Assembly: GCA_030704615.1 (NCBI GenBank)
Contig: JAKLZA010000045.1
Coordinates: 1 to 25,000 of the forward strand
Direction: 5' to 3'
DNA from: Takakia lepidozioides
Lineage: Eukaryota; Plantae; Bryophyta
Length of the DNA stretch: 25,000 bases
Positions 1 through 10,071 of the stretch are shown one piece after another; the first letter of the stretch is position 1; every line of letters begins with the position of its first letter. The notes beneath the pieces are model-generated. The model had not been told where the DNA came from. It searched no databases and was given only the letters and a program-made list of their open reading frames with translations. A program made the translations under genes and the position numbers.

Positions 1-960
1 GGCGCCGAGGTCAACCTCGCCTTGAGCTCTTGAAAAGCTCGTTCTTGCTTATCTTCCCACTGTCACTCCTGGTCTATCTTGGTCAGCTTGGTTAGAGCCT
101 TTGAAATGGCACTAAATCCCTTGACAAACCGTCTATAATAGTTTGTCAACCCCATGAAAGCTCGAACTCGGCTCACATCCGTGGGGCGTGGAATATGTGC
201 AATGGCCTCTACCTTAGTCTGCTGTACCCCCAATGATCATCCAGGATATATCATGTGACCCACATACTCAATCTGGTTGTGGAAAAACTTGCACTTCCCC
301 GGATCTAACTTCAATCCGTGCGCCCTCGAGTGCTCAAATACCACCTGAAGGTGTCTCTCATGCTCCTCCACCGTTGCACTAATGATGTCATCTATGTAGC
401 ACTGAGCAAACTCCATCCCTGCTAGAATCCTGTCTATGACTCTCTAAAACTCTGCAGGAGCATTCTTAAGCCCAAATAATAAGAACCGCTACTGGTATAG
501 GCAATCCTTCCCGTACTCATTGATCCCCCAGAATGCCGTCTTCTGCTTATCCGTGCAACTGGTGATATCCGGATCGTAAATCCAAAGTGCTAAAGACCTT
601 GGCATGCCCAATGGCATCAAAGATCTCCTCTGGTGTTGGCATGACATACCTATCGGACTTGGTCTGACGATTTACAAGCCGGTAATCACCGCACATACGT
701 CTCTCCATCCAATTGCCATAGACATCCTTCTTGCCTGGCATCATTGTGGCTGAAGCATACTCTCCACCAGATAGCTCCACCAAACCAGCCTCCCAGAGGT
801 CTTGAGTCCTCATCTGAATCAAGGACCTCTCCATGTCACTGTATCTATAAGGTCTCTGAAAGATTGGCGTGTCAGTGGCCAATTCAATGCAAATCTCTTG
901 ACCCTTCAGTGCTCCTAAGTCTTTCAAACTGAAGGCAAAGCAGTTCCTGTAAGCCCTCAA
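1..960 (-). mobile_element. Ty3/Gypsy retrotransposon pol: reverse transcriptase and start of the connection region, decayed (stops and frameshifts), running off the window edge
   Basis: ORF 547-960 reads PIFQRPYRYS...EYASATM...RMCGDYRLVN...PTPEEIFDAIGHAKVFSTLDLRSGYHQL. Manual continuation gives KTAFW...FGLKNAPAEF*RVIDRIL...CYIDDI (YIDD at about 388-399)...GLKLDPGKCKF...VRAFMGLTNYYRRFVKGFS...AFQELKARLTSA. These are typical Gypsy RT motifs. In-frame TAG/TGA stops are present. Confidence 0.93.
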
Positions 961-1082
961 GAATCGCCGTATACATCGTCTCTCTCCTCCGGTGACTATG
1001 GGTCATTAGACTCCCAGTTGTCCTCCGTGATTGCAACCTTGAGTCCAGCAGGCTTAGAGGTAGAAGACGCGTCCCATGGTTG

Positions 1083-1983
1083 CTATGCTGCAACCTCTTG
1101 AGCAGTGACCACTACCTGCTCTGTCAGTGACAATGCCTCATCCTGCCCCATCATCTCATCCTTGAGGACCTCCTCAACCCGAGAAAAATCCCCAACCTCA
1201 TCCATCACCACCGCCTTGGCTGTCAACTCCCTTTGAACCTCGAGCACCTTCCACGTGTGCCATGGATGCGGCCTGCACCTTGTGGTCTTCACCTGTTCGC
1301 CCCCACTCACTGCCTGTATCGTCTCGGTAGGCAGAGAGACCATCAAGGGAATTAGTGTACTCCGTACTTTGCGCTGCTCAGCCATAGCCAAACTGATAAT
1401 CCAGGTCAAGCAATTGAGATCCATTGCTTGCCCCAACACCTGACGACGTGATGCCTCAGAAAGAGATGGCACCGCCGTGGTACCAGTGGTAAAACCCATC
1501 GCCCGCTCGTGCTCGTCAGCATTGGGCTCCACTAACTGCTGCAACTTAGCATCCCACATGAGGCCAGGTCCACTATCCCGGAAAGCATGAGATCCAGGAA
1601 AGCTGAGCAGTGTAGGTAGTGCTACTCGTGGTTGATCCATCCTGTTGACCAATGCCAAAGGTGACCGGTCATCGTGTTTCACATGCTGAGACTGCCTCCC
1701 TATGTCCAGAATGCTATCAACTGTCAGGTGCGTTGGGCGTTGTACCCCATCAAAAGCCCGCTTGAGCAGTGCGGGTGGCATCAAGTTGGTCCACCATAGC
1801 CGTGGACGATGAGCCTGTGACCCCACTGCAGCTGCATCCAGCAACACTGCCGATCCCAGCCAAGACCGGACTTGATGCACACTGGCCATCACCGTGGCCT
1901 AAGAATTATCCATCAATGGCACATTCTCCACGATATATGCCGGAGAGTCTGTCTGCTGAAGATGTAAATATCGCAATAGAAAC
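1083..1983 (-). pseudogene. C-terminal half of a DNMT3-like C5-cytosine DNA methyltransferase domain, directly upstream of RT in the Gypsy pol
   Basis: Same frame as ORF 1083-1892, extended upstream through one TAG at 1899-1901. Motif VI: PAYIVENVP. Motif VIII: LLDAAAVGSQAHRPRLWWTNL (compare DNMT3A IDAKEVSAAHRARYFWGNL). Motif IX: EHERAMGFTTGTT. Motif X: RRQVLGQAMDLNCL. Motifs I (FxGxG) and IV (PC) were not found upstream. Confidence 0.82.
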
Positions 1984-2109
1984 CTAATGTAAACAAGAGG
2001 CCAGGTGACATACTACACATTTAGATCCCATTACTCCTGCATCACTTACCAGCTGAAATCCTAATCATAATTCTAAACTAGCTGCTAGTAAAACAATTCC
2101 CCAAGTCTA

Positions 2110-2559
2110 ATAATAAAGTTATCCGTTAAGTGACCATCCCTTCCGCCCCCTAATACATCCCCACTACACCTCTCATGGGCACTTTGCGCCTATCCGGGAA
2201 GTCATGCAGATAGAGTACCAATAGAAAAACTAGGGACGGCAGCAGCGGGCCTACGCACAGGTTCGCTCGGATTTTCCTTTAAGTCAAAGTGGGCCCCGAC
2301 CCAGCCTCCATGCCTGCTTCCTTCCGCACCGCGCCACGTACCCTGAGAGGAAAACCAAACAGCAAATGCAGGATGAAACTCGTTTTGCCGTCATTTTGGT
2401 GCTATTTTGAGTTTGATCCTGTCTTGTTTTCGCTCGTATTTTAATTCCTTGTTCTTTTGACATTTATTGCATCTTAACCTCTCTTTTGGCCAAACTGGCC
2501 TAACTCACCCTCCATCCCCTCACCCTCCTTCCCCTAGACTTAACGGATAACTTTAATAT
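2110..2559. repeat. Pair of short inverted repeats about 400 bp apart
   Basis: TAAAGTTATCCGTTAAGT (2114-2131) is the exact reverse complement of ACTTAACGGATAACTTTA (2538-2555). The match extends to 22 bp with one mismatch. No TSD recognised. Confidence 0.7.
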
Positions 2560-2879
2560 CCTCATCCAATTTGCCTCCATCCCTTTTCCAACTACCCAGT
2601 GTCCATCCATAAGGTTAAGGAGGGGATCTTGGCCCCACAACCAAAAGAAAATTATATGCTAGCTCCATAAGTATCTAGAATACTCTACTCGGCACTACAC
2701 ACATCCACTTAATACTAAGAGGGATCCATGGATCTCCTCATTTCTCACTTCTTGCAGCTCAGATCCCATTCGCAGTATCATGGCCATTCTAGATAAGCTG
2801 CCTCTCTAGTCTTCCATTTTGCTTCTGAGCTCCCACTTAGCATTTCCAGCACCCTTCCCTTCCCACTCCCGTCTATCTC

Positions 2880-3043
2880 TGTTCCTTTTTTACTGTTTAG
2901 CTAGTTAGCTAGGGTCAGGGGGAAGTTTCCCCTAGTAAGCCTTCACGGCCTCTGTGGTGGTTATTTTTTCCACCTTTGTGACTATTTTTTCATTAATTTG
3001 ATTAAAAGGGCCTCTGTCCCCTTTCCAAAAAAAAAAAAAAAAA
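2880..3043 (+). mobile_element. Possible 3' end of a non-LTR retroelement (LINE/SINE-like) with poly(A) tail
   Basis: A T-rich, 3'UTR-like stretch ends in an A17 run at 3027-3043. No recognisable ORF2 remnant or TSD. Confidence 0.35.
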
Positions 3044-3146
3044 GAGGGGGTGGGGAAGATTTGACAGTGTAACCGCTGAAGGAGCGGACGTTTGCATTTG
3101 TATTACTAAAATTTAAGTTTGGCCTTGAGCGTCACGTTTTCATTTC

Positions 3147-3281
3147 TCCATAGAATATTTGTGGGATTTCCGTCAAAGATGCGGAATCAAGCGGCACGGA
3201 GGAAAGAGGAAGCTACGCTCCATAGAATATTCGTGGAATTGACTCGGAATCAAGCGGCACGGAGGAAAGAGGAAGCTACGC
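3147..3281 (+). repeat. Two-copy tandem duplication (about 63-72 bp) upstream of the DJ-1/PfpI gene
   Basis: CTCCATAGAATATT...CGGAATCAAGCGGCACGGAGGAAAGAGGAAGCTACGCT occurs twice back to back. Confidence 0.9.
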
Positions 3282-3512
3282 TGTGGGGTGCTAGACTGCA
3301 GCGCTCTCTCTCTCTCCCTCGTTTTCTCACTCAAACACACGACAAAGAAGAGAAGAGGCTTAGGTGATGATCTGCTTCGTCTCCCTATCAAGTTCATAGC
3401 CCCCAGAGCAGTGTCTTATATAGATTTGAGTTCACTGGTCGTCTCTATCTTCACCCCCTTAGCTGATTGAAGGAGTGAGACGAAGCGAATTAGGCAGAAC
3501 GTGAAAGCGGCC

Positions 3513-5763
3513 ATGGCGCAAAGCAGGGAGGGGCGGGTGCTGCAGGTTGCCATCCCCATCTTCAACGATATGACAGCTCTGGACTTAGTGGGGCCTTATG
3601 AGGTGCTGCACTTGGTGCCTGGTGTGCACGTAGTGTTTGTCAGCCATAGCCAGGGCCTATACTCTGCCGATGGCATGCTCTCCTTGCAAGCTCAGGCTTC
3701 CTTCGACGAGGTATTTTCAGAATTGCGCTACACGTATTCCTGTAGAGAAGGTGTATGGCTTGCTCACGGGTTTTGCATGCAATGCGCTTCCGTAGAATTC
3801 AGGAGAATGGTGCTTTTTTGTAGGTGCCAAGCCCCGATATAGTGTTGGTGCCTGGAGGACGTGGGACGCGTGTTCTTATTGAAGATCGGCCCATCTTAGA
3901 CTGGCTTCGCAAGGTAATTACCACCTCACGACTCTCAAAGGAGCAATTTGTGTGGCCTGGTTTCTCAAACTCACTCTCTCCACCAACCCTAGAATCCCCG
4001 GTGATAATCGACAGTAATGTGAATTGCATCGCAAGTAGCTGAGGTGGCTCGACATTCAGACTTCTGAAAAACTTCAGTGGTGTCGAGTTGTCCGTGTTGC
4101 ATTAGTTCATGTCTATGCTGAGAAAGGAAATTTGTCTGTGCAAGGGAGCAGGTCATGTCAGTCTATTATGATATTTTTAATTCAAGAGAACTTTGCATTG
4201 AAGGTGTTGCTGTTCTTCATTTTGCTGGCAATCAAAGAATCCGAACTCTCAATTTGTGTGATGGACTAATTGATGTGCATGTATGGCATTAATGGAAAGG
4301 TGCATGAGACAACCTTGTATACAACCTCCGTATGTACGGGCTCTCTTCTTCTAGCTGCTGCAGGCCTTCTTGATGGACTAGAGGCAACAACTCACTGGGC
4401 CGCTTTTGACTTACTGGCAAAACTTGGTGCAAAGCCCATCAGCTCCAGAGTAGTTCACCAGGTATGTACCTTGCAATTAAGTAACCAAACTTCAAAATAT
4501 TTTAGTGTGTGAGCGGATGTGATGATGCAGCTGTTAGAATCTGCCAGAGAAAGCACGGAACACGAAATGGATCCATGGAAAAATCAGAGGGCTTGTTAAT
4601 GCTGTTTTCTCACTAGCACACTTTAACCAAAGCCTTGTCACATCTGTAGATGTCGGAGGCTACAGTAGTAGTGCCAACATCATCCTTTGTCTTGTACAAT
4701 GTAGCCTTTATATCAGCTGTCAATAACCCCTTCAGCGGATCGTGTGAATTTGGGTGTGAGCCAATAACATAGAAAATCCAGGCTGAGTTTCATTCCTGGT
4801 TAGTTTATTCCGCAAGCCCCACAATTTGCTCCGAAATTGAAAAGGGTCGTTCCCCGATGTCATATCATACTACAAGGATGGTCAACGAGTACAGCAACTC
4901 TTTATAGCAGGAGGGGGTATAGCAGCAGTGTCATGATGAACCTCCATGTTTTCTACCATGAGGTCAACTCCAGCGTTTATATTAAGCTAAAGCCGAAGTA
5001 ACAAGTCTGTTATTGGCTGTGCATGGTATGCTTGGTTGAACCTGGTGCGCTGAAACCCTGGAACTACCTCCTGGAGGATCATTATCCGTTGTTGACCATG
5101 CCTTTGGAAGGATACCTCATAGTGAATGTTTGCTGTGGACATTGAGAATGAGTATATCTTTTCTCTCTTGCAATGATGATGGGTCTAGAGCCCGGTTCTG
5201 CATGACCTGGTCGACCTAATCAAATCATCACTGATCTTCAAGCAGAAGGTCCTCGCATTGTTGATTTTGTAGTTTCTGTTGAGCAGCATTATAATTATCA
5301 CAATCTATGTTTGATAGCTGTACGCCTGAATTTTGTTGAGCTTGTTTGATAGATCTATTACACATCTAGAGGTACTTGTAACAACTTAACTTATCAGTGG
5401 ACTGAATATACCTGTAGTTAAGTCACAAAATGGTAGAACCCCCTCTACCCCCTCACAGCCATATGAGTGCCATTCTACTGTCCATACAGTGGTAGAACTA
5501 ACCATAATGCATCATGTTCAATTGCCTGGGCAAAGGGAAAGATCATCACTGCAGCAGGAGTTGCATCGGGAATCGATATGGCTCTCGAGCTTGCGGCTCT
5601 GATTTCCGATGAAACAACAGCCAAGGCATTGCAGCTATTTATTGAGTACGACCCTCAGCCTCCATACAACACAGGGTCTCCAAGCAAGGCAGGTCCTGAA
5701 ATCGTAAGCAAGGCTAAGGAGCTTATGGCACGCGGACTGGCTTCCAAGTTGCGGGCTTCTTAA
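3513..5763 (+). CDS. DJ-1/PfpI family protein, isonitrile hydratase (InhA)-like, 225 aa; exons 3513-3710, 3824-3913, 4300-4461, 5536-5763
   Basis: The exons join in frame across three phase-0 GT-AG introns (678 nt). Motifs: [89 protein letters not shown]. Confidence 0.92.
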
Positions 5764-6671
5764 ACTGATGAAGACTCAGAATCCTTGGTTTCTGCAGATC
5801 TTCTCTCTCAATTGAGCCACTTATTTGGACTACTCAATTCTCTCTAAGAAAACTGAAATGCAATTTTTGGTTGATGTGTACAATTAAAATATCTTTTGAT
5901 ATATTACATATTGGTTGTCAATATGAACACCTAGCCATTGGTTGCGACAACCTGCACAAGGACGTGGGGGCTGTCTTTGAGATACAGTCATGCAAACTAG
6001 CTCTTTAATTCCTCCTCACAAATCCCTCTTCTCAATTGCTTTCAAAGATTAGCCCTACAAGCAACCCTGCTGATAAAGCTAGGGGGACTGTCAAGCTTGG
6101 GGCAGGTAGCCCATGGAGAACTGGCCAGCAGAATTGACTACCCATCTTCAAACATTATTTCCATCGCTCAAGATTAGTATGAAAGCGGACACAACAGATA
6201 TGATACATGTATGGGGGTGATCTAGGTGATTTTTTTTTTCGACAGACAAGGAACGGAGGCCCAGAGGTGTACTTTCATGGATTGTATTCACGCAAGACCG
6301 ATGAACAAAAACTGCTTTGCATGACTGGAAACGCGGCTTCCATCTAAAAATGTCGCAGTTCTGTTTCTGGGTTTTCGCCCATTTCGGGAAAAGACAAGCT
6401 CCAACTTCCAAGGATGGCCCAACTTTTTCTAGCCGTTAACTGTATATTAACGGATGGCTTAGGAACAAGGCGTGGAATTGAAAATCCGATGGACCACAGC
6501 GTTTAAGTTCTTTTCTTTGGGCAATGAGGAGTTGGGCTTTTGGTCTCGGGTCCACAGTTTTCTGTAGAGAGAAGCAGGCCTGCGGGATTCATAGCAAGGT
6601 AGCAGGAACGAAGCACATGGAGGCCAGCATGTGTGTTTGATACCCTGGGCTTGGAGTTTTAGATTGGGAAG

Positions 6672-9600
6672 ATGGCAGGCATGATGCGGGGAGGTGGAAC
6701 TCCTCAGAGATCCACCCTCCCTTCTCAGGAGCTTCTGGATGATCTTTGCAGGTGGGTCAAGTTTTTAGTTCTCATTGTTTTGTGGGTTCGGTTGCAACTG
6801 TCAGCGGTAGTGCTAGCATCTGAGAGTGAATAGTTTATGCTGTGTGCAGCCGGTTTGTGTTGAATGCCCCAGAGGAGGAGCTCCAATCATTTGAAAGGAT
6901 TCTGTTCCTGGTGGAGCAAGCGCACTGGTTCTATGAAGACAACACAATGGAGCAAAATCACTCCTTAAAGACTCTGTCATTACGTGACTTCACCTCTTTA
7001 AGTATCCTATGGAATGCATATTTGCTTGAGTGTACGGTGGTTATCAAGTTTTCCAAGTTAAGATTGCTCTTGAAAGAAATGCAGAGAGGAGAGAAGACTC
7101 TGACCAGTCAAACTAGGCCATAACAATGAGACAAGATTCAAGCGCAGGTGATAGTGGTGCACACGGAACTTAGTAAAGAACAGGCATTGACTATCTGTAA
7201 GGCCCATTTTCTGGAGAGTTTCTCTAGGTATCCATCGAAATCACAGCTGCAAATGGCCGTTCATGAGTCCTCTCGAAGTGACTCCCGCGTCGAAGGATCA
7301 GGTGTAAGTGTGATCTATTCAGGGGGTTAAACTGGAAGACGTAATAGATGGCTACTGGGGTTGTATGATTGTTGTGTATCCATTGGTCTGCAGAACTTGC
7401 AATCTGCAAGAATTACATGGGATTGGGCTCAATCAGGCTTGTGTCTGTCTGTCCCAATCAATTGAAAAGAAAACTATTTGCTAAGCCATAATTTGTCTTG
7501 GTGGGATACTTTTTTTAGGATATAATGGAGGCTGCTAGGATGACACTATGTAATTTTTACTTTGCCTTAACCTTGCTATGCTGCAAGTGTTTCAGAGCTG
7601 TTCAGCATTGCGACCATACATAGGACACATTGATGATATCTATAAAGACTTCAAAGATTACAAGACTCGTGTGCCTGTGACTGGTGCCATAATTCTTGAC
7701 GATTCTTATGAGAGGGTGGGTACTGTTAGTACCTTTAGTGATTGACTTTCATGTGCTCTTAAAGTGAAGGATATAAATCAAAGGAAAAGGAAAGAATAGT
7801 AGGGAAGCATGCATGGAGATTTCACTTGCAAAGGTGGAGAGATGCTTATGAGTTGTGGCATGAAGATGATGTCGCCTCTGGAGGTGCAAGTGGGTTATTT
7901 TTGGCTTCCCACTAGGCTGTAGGTCTGGAATTTGTCTGAAGCTCTCCTCTGGTCATGCAGTGTTTGCTGGTGAAGGGTTGGAAAGCTGGTGCAAGCTGGA
8001 GCTTCCCTCGAGGCAAGAAGAACAAAGATGAGGAGGATTCCAACTGTGCCGTAAGGGAGGTAAGTTTTAGATTTTTTGTTGCACATGAAAACTATCCTTG
8101 GAGTGGACTGAAGCTCGAGTCTTCTACTAGGCTTCTCTAACTGTTCAACTGTCAGATGTCGTCCTCGGGTATTAGAGTGGTTGGCTAAAGGCTTGCTTAG
8201 CTCTGGGGGTCTTTACGACTTGATATAGCTCGCTTGTGCAAGACCTCTTGCAGTATGAGGCAGCTTCTCGGATAGACTGTTCTCTTGAGACTTTGTTTGC
8301 CATAGCCTTGTGTTCATAGACCCCTTCTCTGATAGAGATATGTAGACAGTGGTACATCGGCAGTACGTTGCCTGTAAATAACAATAAACATTGAAAGATT
8401 GGCATCCAGGATCAGAGTCAAGGACATTTGCTCACCCATGTAGCCTCTCAAAGTGTCGATGCTGGGATAGAATAAGCCTAGTATTGATGTGGATGTGCCC
8501 AACTTTGCAGGTATGGGAAGAGACAGGGTATGATGTGTCAGGGCAGCTGAAGGTGCAAGATCACCTGGAAGTGGTGATTGCGCAGCAGCGAATGCGCCTC
8601 TATATTATTGGGGGTGTCAAGGATGACACCCCCTTTGCTCCTCAAACCAAAAAAGAAATAAGTGTATGTTTCACAATGTGGCACACCTTGTATTTTATGC
8701 GCACCTTCTTAACCCTACCTTTCTGATCTGGAGAAATAATACGGCCTTGCTTAAAGGCTGAAAGGTGTGCTTGCTCAGTTAGAGTCATGTAAGTTATACA
8801 TTTTGTTCTATGCCAGATTACACCCACTCTGTCATGACCTCTCTATTGCAGCTGTGGTGTGCAGGAGATAGCCTGGCACCGAGTGGACGAACTGCCAACG
8901 GGAAGCAATGAGACCTCATCTCATCATCGGGGTCCAACTGGGCTCAAGTACTTCATGGTCTGGCCGTTTGTTGGGTATGTGTCCTACATTCACACTCAGA
9001 CTTTCTCATCTCTCCATCCTGGTAATAACAGCTGGGATGTTGCTGCGTTGAAAAACAGAGTCCTGAAATTCTCATGTTCTGTGCAACTGTGTGAGCTGTT
9101 CTGCTCAATAGTTCAGGTTTCCTTCTCATGAAGAAATCATGAGTCTCTATCATAGAGATCAGTTCAATCTGCTGTACAATGCCTTGAAGGAACTGGAGAA
9201 TTATGAGTAACTGATGATTAGATTCATGTGTGATTTCCCATGACTTGTTGGAGTGTGTTGCAAATAACAACGCTGTCTGCTGGGTGATACAGACCATTAC
9301 AAGAGTGGATAGTCACACACCGTCCTCCAGGGCTCCCAAGATCCGAGACTCCCATTAAAGGCACGGATACTTCCATGCTGTGTCTATTGTAGGAACTTCC
9401 CTTTACTGAATTGAGAAATCTAGGATTTCAGGGATGTGATTTCTGTAACCTTAGATGCGAGAGCCTTGTGCCCACTCTGAAGAGTTGGGGAAGAGGGGGA
9501 AGGGGGATGGAGAGGTAGGGGGGTAGAGACATGACCCCAACTGAAGTCATCATTGAGAGCCTCCTCCCCTTGCAGGTACTCTTTCGGGGGTGGGCATTGG

Positions 9601-10071
9601 GATGGATGGAGAACAGGATGGGGGCCATCACTATGGTGGAAGGCTTGCTATAATGTAACCAAGCTGTGTGGGTTAGCATTTCTTTACTGACAAATGTCAT
9701 GATTTAGGTTTACGGATTATGAAGTTTGCTATGGGTTGCTTCCCCTTTCCTTGCAGAAGTAACAGCAAGGGGGAAGGTGGGTGTGGCAAGTGAGGGCAAT
9801 ATGTCTGATGTATACACCATGTTGTCATTTTCATGCAGGAACTACAGTTTGGAAGGTGAAGAACGTGTCTTCCAGCAGTTCTGGGTTTCTGGCCCCTCCT
9901 GGTCAAAGCATACCTTTATTGCCGACACCCATTGCCATCTCTGCTTCCCCTTCTGCACCCCCTGAATCAGGGGAGAGCCAAGTCAATAGTCCTAGTCAGG
10001 ACCTTCCTGGGAAGGCGTTTCGAAATTTTAGATTTGATTTTGCTGTTATTCTGCAGCAGCTGGAAGGCTAG
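6672..10071 (+). CDS. DCP2: mRNA-decapping enzyme subunit 2 (Nudix hydrolase), 340 aa; exons 6672-6751, 6850-7001, 7588-7715, 7961-8059, 8511-8663, 8865-8974, 9293-9360, 9839-10071
   Basis: Box A: [38 protein letters not shown], followed by [14 protein letters not shown]. Nudix box: [26 protein letters not shown]-terminus: [11 protein letters not shown]. Exon lengths sum to 1023 nt with consistent phases. Confidence 0.95.
7002..7587 (+). other. U12-type (minor spliceosome) GT-AG intron, DCP2 intron 2
   Basis: Donor GTATCCTAT (U12 consensus GTATCCTT). Branch site TGCCTTAACC at 7563-7572, about 15 nt before the acceptor CAAG, with no polypyrimidine tract. Confidence 0.85.
9361..9838 (+). other. 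GC-AG intron, DCP2 intron 7
   Basis: AAAG|GCACGG donor and TGCAG|GA acceptor give in-frame [14 protein letters not shown]. Read-through hits TAG, and no convincing GT donor lies nearby. Confidence 0.7.

Noticed and set aside
5170-5240. Possible intronic C/D box snoRNA (ATGATGA...CTGA)
   Set aside because: The boxes are short, the terminal stem is weak, and I could not recognise an rRNA/snRNA antisense element.
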